A DNA stretch of 47,692 bases from Halobacteriota archaeon (GTDB lineage Archaea; Halobacteriota; UBA148), in assembly GCA_042577985.1 (NCBI GenBank), contig JBHPDI010000003.1, forward strand, positions 1-47,692, written 5' to 3'. The notes below the pieces were generated by a model that saw only the letters and a program-made list of their open reading frames with translations, was not told the DNA's origin and made no database searches. Below, piece after piece: positions 1-9,077 of the stretch. Position 1 is the first letter of the stretch, and every line of letters begins with the position of its first letter. The translations under genes and the position numbers were made by a program.

Positions 1-525
1 AGCATCCATAGCCACAGACGGATACATCTGCTCATAGGTGGTGTATGTGTTTACTCGAAATTCTGAACCAACCTTACTTCCAGTGCTGTCATACATCTGA
101 GCAAAAATCCCCCACCAATGTCCATCCGGACCATAGCTCATCCATGTGATGACAAAGTTTCCGTCAGCATCCATGGCCACAGACGGATTCCTCTGAGCAT
201 CGGTGGTGTATGTGTTTACTTGAAATTCTGAGCCAACCTTACTTCCAGAGATGTCGTACATCTGAGCATAAATCCCAGAACCACTTCCATCTTGACCATA
301 GCTCGTCCATGTTATGACAAAGTTTCCGTCAGCATCCATAGCCGCAGAGGGATACGACTGCTGATCATAGGTGTATGTGTTTACTTGAAATTCTGAGCCA
401 ATTGTATTAGGTTGTGCATAAACGGCTGCAATTGGAATTGTCGAAAGAACCAATATTGCCGCCAGCAAAATTGACAGGAAAAACCTCACGCCCTTAACAT
501 TTCTTATATCAAGTTGTATTGCCAT
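1..525 (-). CDS. Secreted/surface protein with 55-aa tandem repeats (probable beta-propeller blades); runs off the window edge
   Basis: Not in ORF track. Hand translation from ATG 525 (GGTGA RBS at 533-537): MAIQLDIRNVKGVRFFLSILLAAILVLSTIPIAAVYA signal peptide, then repeats EFQVNTYT..Q..PSVAMDADGNFVITW; DNA period 165 bp (copies at 1, 166, 331). Confidence 0.8.
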   Translation of the reverse strand, partial: MAIQLDIRNVKGVRFFLSILLAAILVLSTIPIAAVYAQPNTIGSEFQVNTYTYDQQSYPSAAMDADGNFVITWTSYGQDGSGSGIYAQMYDISGSKVGSEFQVNTYTTDAQRNPSVAMDADGNFVITWMSYGPDGHWWGIFAQMYDSTGSKVGSEFRVNTYTTYEQMYPSVAMDA

Positions 526-703
526 TTTTTATTCACCCATACTTTAGATATTCATATACCCGCCTTTCCTCAGCGGGTGATAAGACTTTAACTAAAGGAC
601 ATATAAGAGTTATCAACCATGTGAAACATTTTTCCTGAAAACAGAAATTACTGGGTAATTCAGGGGATTTGATATAAAAAAAAGTTAAATTCTAACCTTC
701 AGT

Positions 704-733
704 ATTTCAATCCCGCCATGATCTGATTTTAGC
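704..733 (-). CRISPR. Solitary CRISPR-like repeat (no array)
   Basis: Minus strand GCTAAAATCAGATCATGGCGGGATTGAAAT, 30 nt, ending in ATTGAAAT; 24/30 identical to the recalled archaeal repeat GTTAAAATCAGACCAAAATGGGATTGAAAT; no second copy seen. Confidence 0.6.
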
Positions 734-910
734 TGCGATGATGAATAACACACGTCTTAGCGCTTAATTAAATTAGGAAAGATTACAAAAAATCGAAATT
801 TAATAGCCAAATTAATTAAAAAATCCATCTATTGTAATTTCCCTCTCTTTCCATTTTGGTTATTTTCACTAGGATAGGTTTAGAAAAATAAAATTCTTCA
901 AAATGAGACT

Positions 911-2191
911 TTACATAACCTCTTCTGCGGTCATTGAAACTATCTTGTTGATCTCTGCCTGGAGCTCGGGTGGCAAACCCGGAATATCTGCATCCAAAAA
1001 ACCCCTTACTATGAGAGAAGTGGCCTCGCTTTCGCTTAGCCCCCGAGTCATCAGATAGTACAGCTGCTCATCAGCAATTTTTCCAACCGCCGCCTCATGG
1101 GTCATCTCAGTTTCCTTTGACCTGCCATCCAAGCTTGGATGCGCTCTGGCTATTGCATTATCGCTCAACAAGAGAGCCCTGCATTCCAGGTGACCATGTG
1201 TTTTTGGCTTGTTTCCTCTCAATATTCCCCTCATTTCTAGGGTCGACTCATCCATAATGACTGCACGGGAAACGATTTCCCCTTTGGTCCCTTCTGCCGA
1301 GAATATTATGCTGCTACCAATATCGATGTTTGATTTTTTTCTGCTTAAAATCAGATTTCTGAAACTAGCTCTAGCTCCTTCGCCCTTCAGGATAACCGTA
1401 GGATACATCTGGATCGACTTAACAGGATTCATCAGAACGTAGTTCATGTTCAGAATTCCATTTTTCTCGACCGTAGCACCCATCCTTGGGCGAACGTGAA
1501 AGTTTTGACCCCATGAATGTATCATCGACAATGTCACCTCCGCACCCTCTTTGACGTGGATCTCTGTCGCAGCAACGTGGGCCGCAGCCTTACATTCCGG
1601 ATTTACGGTGCAACCTGTTATAATGTGTATCTTAGAACCCGGTTCAGCGATGATGAAATTATGTGGCATCTGGATCCCCTTATCGGTGCCCAGGTACAAA
1701 CAAGCTTGTAAGGGGTAGCCTACATTAACACCTTCTTGGACCCAAACGAATGCACCCCCCACAGAGTTCGCTGCCACATAGTTAGCGTATTTATCCAGTC
1801 CCATGGATAGATGCTTAAACCAGTATTTCTCAAGCCAAGGATACGTTCTGATGGCATCATCTGTGTTAAGGACGACCAATCCCTCTGGTAGGTTCTCTTT
1901 TAGCCATTCTGTGTACTTCAGGTATACCACGTCGTTGTCATGCTGAAAGTAAGTGCCACTTCTATGCCCCTCATCATCTCTTGTCCCAACCGCTCTGGAA
2001 GCATCCCTAACCTCCTCGCTGAGTTCAGAGATCTCATCTACTTTTTCATGTGCAGGCACTTGCATATTAAAAACATTCAGATCGATATCGGGACCATATT
2101 TAGCAGGCTTTGCGTTTTTAAGTAACTCTTGAGCTCTCTTTCGTTTCTCAACATACCATTTCGGGAGTTCTTTCATGCGATCATTCCTCAC
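911..2191 (-). CDS. sufB: Fe-S cluster assembly protein SufB/SufD family (SmsB-like)
   Basis: GHLECRALLL, THEAAVGKIADEQLYYLMTRGLSESEA motifs; 4-bp overlap with sufC. Confidence 0.9.
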   Translation of the reverse strand: MRNDRMKELPKWYVEKRKRAQELLKNAKPAKYGPDIDLNVFNMQVPAHEKVDEISELSEEVRDASRAVGTRDDEGHRSGTYFQHDNDVVYLKYTEWLKENLPEGLVVLNTDDAIRTYPWLEKYWFKHLSMGLDKYANYVAANSVGGAFVWVQEGVNVGYPLQACLYLGTDKGIQMPHNFIIAEPGSKIHIITGCTVNPECKAAAHVAATEIHVKEGAEVTLSMIHSWGQNFHVRPRMGATVEKNGILNMNYVLMNPVKSIQMYPTVILKGEGARASFRNLILSRKKSNIDIGSSIIFSAEGTKGEIVSRAVIMDESTLEMRGILRGNKPKTHGHLECRALLLSDNAIARAHPSLDGRSKETEMTHEAAVGKIADEQLYYLMTRGLSESEATSLIVRGFLDADIPGLPPELQAEINKIVSMTAEEVM

Positions 2192-2979
2192 TCAATCTCC
2201 GGCATGAGCTTCTTATGTTCTTCTTTCAGCGCAGGTGGACAGACTTCCATATATGCACAGTAGCCCTGTTCCTCTATCTTTGATAAAATATCCTCGGGAT
2301 GCTCGCTGACGGCTATCTTTCCGTCGCACATCACATGAGCGAGGTCTGCATCTATGTATTGTAAAATGTGTCTATGATGAGTGATCAGAAGTAATGAGCC
2401 TCCAGTCTCCTTGATGAAACTGTCCACTTGACCCCCGATCAACTTCAGAGAGTCTATATCAACGCCGCTATCAGGTTCATCCAAAACCAGAAGTTGCGGC
2501 TTCATCGCAAAGATCTGAGCTAGCTCCGATCTTTTTCTTTCACCACCTGAGAAGCCAACGTTCAACTCCCTATCTCTGAAATTTTTAGGCAAACCCACCT
2601 TCTTGAGTGCCTCGGTGGCAAATATTTCTTCCTGCCCCTTACGAGGGTCCCAAGGCTCCTTTCCACCACAAAGACGTATTATATCGCGCAATTTCACCCC
2701 ACTGATTGCAGGAGGAAACTGAAATGCAAAACCTATTCCGTTTCTTGAGCGTTTGTCTATGGATAGGTCCACTAGATTTTTACCATTAAAGAGTATCTTT
2801 CCCCTTGAAACCTTGTAGGAGGGCATTCCTATTAGCGTCATGACTAACGTAGTCTTGCCTGATGCATTAGGACCCAAAAGAACGTGCACTTCGCCCTTGC
2901 CTATCTCTAGATTAACTCCACTCAAGATCTTCTTGCCATCAACCTCTACATGAAGATCTTTGATTTCTAACAAAGCCAT
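2188..2979 (-). CDS. sufC: Fe-S cluster assembly ABC ATPase SufC
   Basis: Walker A GPNASGKTT, LNVGFSGGERKR, LDEPDSGVDID; start taken at ATG 2979 (MALLEIKDL). Confidence 0.9.
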   Translation of the reverse strand: MALLEIKDLHVEVDGKKILSGVNLEIGKGEVHVLLGPNASGKTTLVMTLIGMPSYKVSRGKILFNGKNLVDLSIDKRSRNGIGFAFQFPPAISGVKLRDIIRLCGGKEPWDPRKGQEEIFATEALKKVGLPKNFRDRELNVGFSGGERKRSELAQIFAMKPQLLVLDEPDSGVDIDSLKLIGGQVDSFIKETGGSLLLITHHRHILQYIDADLAHVMCDGKIAVSEHPEDILSKIEEQGYCAYMEVCPPALKEEHKKLMPEIE

Positions 2980-3413
2980 ATTCTCACTAGCCACCGTTAA
3001 GGGTGTTAACAAAACTTAAATGTTGTCGTAGCAAATAACCGTTTGATTGAGATTGAGAAAACACATTTTGAAAGCATAGAGAAGGACCCTAGTATGCAAT
3101 ACAATGACATCGAGATATCTGCCGATAGAACTCAATATCCCAAAGATTGACGGAAATCAAAATTTCACGGAAAGAGAACATCCAATGATTCTCTCAAAGT
3201 TCTCAACAGTCATGGCATTAATGGAAAAAAAGGGTAATGGAAACAGATAGATAGATCGTTTAGGCTTACTAAAAATAGTTTTCTGGGGCAATCGACTTGA
3301 TAATGAGTGGAATACGGAAACGATCAGCACAATTACACCCAGGTAAACTAGCAGAATATAATAAAAGTCAGAAAAAGAGTTATTTGCAGCCGCATTTCAT
3401 GTGACTTGCTTGT

Positions 3414-4673
3414 ATGGTATGGTGCCCTATGAAAGATTCTTTATGTGTCTTATGCAAAGGAAAGGGTTTATGTGGGAGACCTTGCCCCATACTTACTAAA
3501 TTTAAAGCAATAGAGAAAATATCGCCCCTGGGTAATAGCATATTTGGTGCTTCACCTCCTTCAGTTTTTGTTGGGCGGTTTGGATATCCAAATATACAGG
3601 CAGGTCCTTTGGTCCCCCCGCTAATAACCGCTAAGGATGCTCAGATCTATGATGATCCAAGTAGTTGGTTAGATAAAGATATCAAAGATATAATCAGCCT
3701 ACGCTCGAATTTGGTCAGATCAAATATCGGTTTAAACGTCAAAGATCCTTACATTTTCGAAAACAGACTCTTTTCAAAGGTCCAAGAGCTTGCAATGGCA
3801 TCTATGCCTGTCGACACTGAAGTCCGCTTCTACAAATCCCCAAAAAAGGAGTTACGCTTTGATGATGTTCTGAGTCCAATGGGTCCTTCAGGTAGGATTA
3901 AAACACTGGAAATAACAGAAAATCCATCGGTTCCTCGAAAAATTGATCATCTTGTCTTTGACACCGATATCCTAGCTAAGGACGCAATAGGAGAGTTGTA
4001 CAAGAGCGATATCTCGACCTATCACATAGGTAGACTGCTCTCAGTCGGACTTCTTGGGAGAAGTGAAGATCGCAAACTTGTTCCAACGAGATGGTCTATC
4101 ACAGCAACAGATGATGTCATCGGTAGCGAATTGATCAGCCAAGTTAAAAATCACTCAGAACTGGATGAGATCCGGGTTTTCAGTGATCAAAAATTTGGCA
4201 ATAGATTTGAGATAGTCTTACTACCCAAAATTTTTTCATTTGAGTTGATAGAGATTTGGTTACCAAAATCAGCTTGGGCGAGCAATAGAACATGGATTGG
4301 TGAAGATAAGGAAGGATATGATGGTAGAACCACCTATTCTCACCTAGCAGGAGGATATTATGCAGCACGACTTGGGGTCCTTGAGTATCTGGAGAAGATA
4401 AGAAGACAGGCATTGGTTTTCATAATACGAGAGATTCTTCCCGACTATTGGGCACCCCTTGGTAGCTGGATCATCCGAGAGACTGTACGTAACGCTATGG
4501 CACAAAAACCGAAAAGATTTGATTCCTTAGAAGAGGCGATAGGAGATGTAGCTAAAAGAATACGAACCCCATCGTCGAAATGGAGAACAAAAGCAAAACT
4601 CCTAGCGGACTACAAATTACAGAAAACTCTGGCAGATTTTTTTAACGACAAAGCACGAGAAGGTCCATCATAA
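3414..4673 (+). CDS. nreA: Nre family archaeal DNA repair protein
   Basis: N-terminal CxxCKGxxLCGRxCP, SPPSVFVGRxGYP, LVPTRWSITATD, C-terminal PIP box QKTLADFF. Confidence 0.88.
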   Translation: MVWCPMKDSLCVLCKGKGLCGRPCPILTKFKAIEKISPLGNSIFGASPPSVFVGRFGYPNIQAGPLVPPLITAKDAQIYDDPSSWLDKDIKDIISLRSNLVRSNIGLNVKDPYIFENRLFSKVQELAMASMPVDTEVRFYKSPKKELRFDDVLSPMGPSGRIKTLEITENPSVPRKIDHLVFDTDILAKDAIGELYKSDISTYHIGRLLSVGLLGRSEDRKLVPTRWSITATDDVIGSELISQVKNHSELDEIRVFSDQKFGNRFEIVLLPKIFSFELIEIWLPKSAWASNRTWIGEDKEGYDGRTTYSHLAGGYYAARLGVLEYLEKIRRQALVFIIREILPDYWAPLGSWIIRETVRNAMAQKPKRFDSLEEAIGDVAKRIRTPSSKWRTKAKLLADYKLQKTLADFFNDKAREGPS

Positions 4674-4974
4674 TAGAAAAGAAAGTCTTGGAACAAATAG
4701 ATGAGATGGTAGCCATAGTAGTCATTAACTTTATCCTAGTGTTCTAGTCCCAGACGAAGCCCATCACGATGCCTACGGACAGAGTAATCATGTAACTCGA
4801 TCCAATCTTCAGGACTTTTCTGTCTTTCTTATTTTAATAATTGTTTAAATTGTTATTAAATGTTTTTTCTTAGAATTATGGTAAAGCTGTGTTTAGCTTT
4901 GGGTATTTTACATGCTTGTGCTTTTAATCCTTAACTTGATTTACAAGCCATCTAGCCATATGTTTAGATGCTCT

Positions 4975-6141
4975 TTATTCATTTTCACCCAGATTCCTCA
5001 GGTATTCTTTGAACAGTGGGTGGTAGAGAGAGTACCTTCCCCTGTCGTGTTTTACTATAAGCCCTTTCTTAATCAAAAACCGAAGTTGTGTTCTTGCATT
5101 CTTTACATCTATATCAGACGGACTAAACATGTCTGACAATTTTGACAAAGCCAATAATACACTCTTCTCCTTATGGCTCGCTATCGAAAAGTCACTTCTA
5201 AATCTCTCCCTCTCCATTGATTTAATAATATAAAGATAATTTTCCTCGAAAAATCTTAGGTTAATTCTGCCCTTTGGATTTAAACTCACCAACTCCCTCA
5301 TTATGAAATTGATGAAAGGTAGATAACCGGCCGTTAAATAATATATTTTTTCAATCACATCCTCATCAATTTTCAAATCCAAACCAGAAAGTTTCAAGGA
5401 AGTTAAGAGGGATTCTCTGGTTTCATTCAAATTAAACGGATTCAAGTTATGCTTGATATTAAAGAAGCTAGCAAAAGTCCAATCAGAGTCCTTTGCATTT
5501 GAAAATATATCGCTTCTCCCAGCTATGCACAATATAAAGTTACATCCATACCTTGGAAGATTTTGAAACAATTTCGCAGTATTGTTCAAGAAATCCGGAT
5601 ATAAGTTGGATATATAATGTGCATCATCAAACATCAAAATGGCAGTATCAACTCCTATTTTTTCTATAATTTTCCATAGGTCCATAAACACTTCTTTAGC
5701 TATTCTAAAAGTGGACGCATCTTTTCCACTTTGTTCCGGTTCACTTCTCCTTTTATTGATTGATTCAATTCTCCAGTTCCTGATTTCGTTTTTAATTTCC
5801 GTCGAAACAGTTGTATTTGTAATAAAATTTCCACTGATGTCCTCTACGACTTTACTGAAAATAGAACTAAAAGAAGTGGGTGTAAGCTCGACTATCGCAG
5901 AAAATACCTTTCTATCTTTGAACTCTTCCAAGGCAATTGATTCAAATTTCCTTAATATTGAAGTCTTGCCAATACCTGCATCTCCTAGAATAGCTATGTT
6001 GTCCGGCGTGGGCATTTCTGTTTTTATAGACCTGCCGAACGCTGTCCTAAAAGATGACAGAATATCCTCTCTGCCTGTAAAATATCTTGGATTCACAGGA
6101 AATGTTGGTGAAAAAAGATTCCTTTTTTCAACAGTTGTCAA
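4975..6141 (-). CDS. Archaeal P-loop ATPase (AAA_16/STAND-like) with C-terminal winged helix
   Basis: NPRYFTGRE, Walker A GDAGIGKTS, Walker B ILMFDDAH, TAGYLP, C-terminal LIKKGLIVKHDRGRYSLYHPLF; TTG start overlaps the upstream stop, GGAGG RBS. Confidence 0.8.
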   Translation of the reverse strand: MTTVEKRNLFSPTFPVNPRYFTGREDILSSFRTAFGRSIKTEMPTPDNIAILGDAGIGKTSILRKFESIALEEFKDRKVFSAIVELTPTSFSSIFSKVVEDISGNFITNTTVSTEIKNEIRNWRIESINKRRSEPEQSGKDASTFRIAKEVFMDLWKIIEKIGVDTAILMFDDAHYISNLYPDFLNNTAKLFQNLPRYGCNFILCIAGRSDIFSNAKDSDWTFASFFNIKHNLNPFNLNETRESLLTSLKLSGLDLKIDEDVIEKIYYLTAGYLPFINFIMRELVSLNPKGRINLRFFEENYLYIIKSMERERFRSDFSIASHKEKSVLLALSKLSDMFSPSDIDVKNARTQLRFLIKKGLIVKHDRGRYSLYHPLFKEYLRNLGENE

Positions 6142-7637
6142 AAAGTATTCTCCCTCCCGTTTTCGTTGATGTATTTGGAGACCACCGTTACTGCAATTAT
6201 TTTGCCGGTTTTTGGATCTTTAACAGGACTAAAAGTTCGAAGGAATTGTCTACCGTCTAGATGGCTTCTATGCTCAAGATGAATGAACTTGCCTGTTTTA
6301 AATACTTCTTTCACAGTCCCAACAAACAGTTCCGTTGATGCTTTGGGATAGAACTCGCCATAGGTCCTACCAAGGACCTGATCTCTTGGCAAGCCAAGCC
6401 TTGACAGATATCTGTTGTTCACTAAGAGATACCTGCAATCCCTATCCACGAGATATACGTGAGCGTCGATAGAGTCCACTAAGGAGTGACACTTCTCATT
6501 CGACTCCTTATTTGCCTCTGCTGCCATCTTGCGCTCGGTGATGTCACGGACCATGGCCAAAATCTGAGTAGGCTGCTCATTAGGATCACGTAGGAATCTA
6601 AAATGACCCTCGACTGTAACTATGGACCCATCCTTACGATACAAATCAAGCTCCACCGTACGCGACCTGGATTGGTCTTTTTGCTCACTATTTTCTATTT
6701 CGAGTTCTTCTGCAAGAACCTTCATGGCACGCTCATAGGAGGCAGTGGTAAATACTTTTTCCATAGTATTGGCTATAGCTTCCTCAACACTGTAGCCCAG
6801 CAATCGGGTAACAGAAGGACTGACATAGGTGAGATGATTGTTCATATCCGCTGTCCAAATAACGTCTGAAGCATTATCGGCGAGCAGACGGTAGAGCCTC
6901 TCACTATCTCGTAAAGCCTCTTCAGCACGCTTTTGATCTGTGATGTTTCTAACTACACCTATAACCTCTGTAACGGCTCCTGATTGGTCTCTAATAGATG
7001 AGATTTTTGCGTCGTACCATAAATTCCTACCTTTTATTTCTAAGACATAACTAAATTGCTGGGTCTCACCTGAGATTTCAATTTGCTTCATAGCAGATTG
7101 CAGTGATTGAGATACGTCTGGTGGAAGCACATCTTTGAAATGTCTCCCAAGAAATTCGCTTGGTTGGATATATAACTCCCATTCATGTGACGTTGTGTAA
7201 TAATTCTTAAAAGTGCCATCCATAGCAATGACGAAAACCAAATCATCCATTGAGTTAATAAGTGAGCGAATGCTTTTCTCGCTCTTCTGAAGTGCCTCCT
7301 TCGCCTCCTTTACCTTATCGCTTAGCCCTTTAACAAGCTCATAGTAAATTAGGTCATAGGTTGCAAGTCTTTTCAATAAAATTGGAACCTCTTTTTCTTT
7401 TTCCTCCATGAATTCACTGATAGTAGAAAAATGCATATCGAGTAGATTCTCAGGACCAAGATTCTTGTCCATGCACATTCGGACCAATTTTGAGAGTTCA
7501 TATAAAGAATACTCATCTCCATTTTCGATGTAAGCGGAGAATATATCCTTGTACCACTCTAGAGTTTTATCATCTATTGTGGTCTCGACATCATCAGTTT
7601 GTTTGATAATAGTATCGTCAGTTTGATTCTTTGCCAT
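6138..7637 (-). CDS. Sensor protein: RsbU N-terminal-like domain plus three PAS/PAC domains, no output domain
   Basis: YKDIFSAYIENGDEYSLY...GPENLLDMH resembles RsbU_N; PAC ends RNITDQK and RDITERK; three PAS folds. Confidence 0.8.
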   Translation of the reverse strand: MAKNQTDDTIIKQTDDVETTIDDKTLEWYKDIFSAYIENGDEYSLYELSKLVRMCMDKNLGPENLLDMHFSTISEFMEEKEKEVPILLKRLATYDLIYYELVKGLSDKVKEAKEALQKSEKSIRSLINSMDDLVFVIAMDGTFKNYYTTSHEWELYIQPSEFLGRHFKDVLPPDVSQSLQSAMKQIEISGETQQFSYVLEIKGRNLWYDAKISSIRDQSGAVTEVIGVVRNITDQKRAEEALRDSERLYRLLADNASDVIWTADMNNHLTYVSPSVTRLLGYSVEEAIANTMEKVFTTASYERAMKVLAEELEIENSEQKDQSRSRTVELDLYRKDGSIVTVEGHFRFLRDPNEQPTQILAMVRDITERKMAAEANKESNEKCHSLVDSIDAHVYLVDRDCRYLLVNNRYLSRLGLPRDQVLGRTYGEFYPKASTELFVGTVKEVFKTGKFIHLEHRSHLDGRQFLRTFSPVKDPKTGKIIAVTVVSKYINENGRENTF

Positions 7638-8006
7638 TCCCTACCCTCCTTTTTGTCTCTTTAGCATTTTAATCCAGACCATATTGCCTAAATTATCAGA
7701 CTATAACCAACACTACCCATATTCTATCAATAATACTATCTATATTATCCTTATTTTAGATTTACTCGGTCTATAGAAAATATTTCTCTCCGTAGTTTTA
7801 ATAAACTCGGTAACAAATTGCTACTTGAAGATAAATTTCCAGAAACGGAGAAATTGGATAAAGTAGTGGAAAAAGTTTGCACAGCCCACGATATCAGCCA
7901 TCGAAGCACGGTAACCTAGACAAAAAATACCTGGATCAACAATAGCCTCTGTGGAAATACTGGATGTAGTGTGTTTGTCAAAGTTAGAAGATATTGTCTG
8001 TAAAAA

Positions 8007-8078
8007 TGCGCCGGCCGGGATTTGAACCCGAGTTTATGACTTGGCAAGCCATAGTGATAACCACTACACTACCGGCGC
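8007..8078 (-). tRNA. tRNA-Gly(GCC)
   Basis: GCGCCGG acceptor stem, anticodon loop TT-GCC-AA, GGTTCAAATCC T-arm. Confidence 0.95.
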
Positions 8079-8156
8079 TATGAAGAACTTCACCTCTTCC
8101 CTTGACATTTTTTTGATTATTCCCTTCCCAAAAAAGAAAAGGGTCGGAAAGGTTTA

Positions 8157-8230
8157 TGTCGGGAGTGGGATTTGAACCCACGACAACTCGGTCTTCAGCC
8201 GAGCGCTCTCCCGGACTGAGCTATCCCAAC
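8157..8230 (-). tRNA. tRNA-Phe(GAA)
   Basis: GTTGGGATAGCTCAG...CTCGG CT-GAA-GA CCGAG...GGTTCAAATCC. Confidence 0.95.
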
Positions 8231-8350
8231 CAATTGGAACACTTATGGTTCTTTACCCTGAACACAATTTTTCAAGGGTCTCAAACCAAACCTTCTAACC
8301 TTGGTTCCTCGTATTTACTTCTGAAATATTTCAGAGCAACATCCTTAGAA

Positions 8351-8425
8351 TGGGCCCGATGCGATTCGAACGCATGGCCACTCGGTTATGAGCCGAGCGC
8401 TCTAACCAGACTAAGCTACGGGCCC
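8351..8425 (-). tRNA. tRNA with CAT anticodon, most likely tRNA-Ile2 (agmatidine type)
   Basis: Complete cloverleaf, loop CT-CAT-AA; GGGCCCG acceptor typical of archaeal Ile tRNAs rather than initiator or elongator Met. Confidence 0.85.
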
Positions 8426-8483
8426 ATATATCTGAATATATACTATCCATTACTTAACTTTTATCGACTAACTTTTGTCTATA

Positions 8484-8658
8484 CGCCGCCAACAGGACTT
8501 GAACCTGTGACATCCTGGTTTCTGCTTTTTTATTTAAACCTCCTCTTCTGCTTCTGCTTCTGCTTTGCAAAAGGAAAGTGTTTCTGTCATAACAGAAACA
8601 ACCTTTTAACAAGAGGTTGATTAACAGCCAGACACTCTACCAACTGAGTTATGGCGGC
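8484..8658 (-). tRNA. tRNA-Asn(GTT) with 102-nt intron at position 37/38 (intron 8520-8621)
   Basis: 5' exon 8658-8622 GCCGCCATAACTCAGTTGGTAGAGTGTCTGGCTGTTA; 3' exon 8519-8484 ACCAGGATGTCACAGGTTCAAGTCCTGTTGGCGGCG; intron end GCAG pairs with C32-U35 as the BHB central helix. Confidence 0.88.
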
Positions 8659-8699
8659 ATAAGTAAGACAGCGCGTTAGATTACAAGAATAGTTGTTGT

Positions 8700-8993
8700 T
8701 TAACTTAAGCTTTTTGAGATTCTATTTAATCTTTGGATCAGTGCTCTCACGTTTGGTCCGAATTTGGCTTTGAAGTTCATCATATTTTCAGTTGTTATGG
8801 CACCATGAAGTGAAGGCTCTACCAGACCCTCATGCTCTAATAATCTTAGCGAATAGCGCACCTTATGTTTTGGAAGACTGGTCTCCTCTGCAAGTTTTAA
8901 TATCCCAATCGGCTCTTCTCCCATAACCGTTTTTAGGACGATCAAGTTGCGTTCTAGCAACTCCAGTTCATGTTCTAATTTATCTGTCAGCAT
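8700..8993 (-). CDS. Small winged-helix transcriptional regulator (conserved archaeal)
   Basis: EPIGILKLAEETSLPKHKVRYSLRLLEHEGLVEPS HTH; start taken at ATG 8993. Confidence 0.75.
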   Translation of the reverse strand: MLTDKLEHELELLERNLIVLKTVMGEEPIGILKLAEETSLPKHKVRYSLRLLEHEGLVEPSLHGAITTENMMNFKAKFGPNVRALIQRLNRISKSLS

Positions 8994-9077
8994 GGAAACA
9001 CCATATCTATACAACCCATATCATGGAAACACTATATCTATATACTTATATTAATAGGCACTATCTATTTACTTGTC

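Noticed and set aside
738-790. C/D box sRNA starting at ATGATGA
   Set aside because: No downstream CTGA D box at a suitable distance
8156-8620. 154-aa and 65-aa ORFs over the tRNA cluster
   Set aside because: Shadow frames across tRNA genes; no protein-like features
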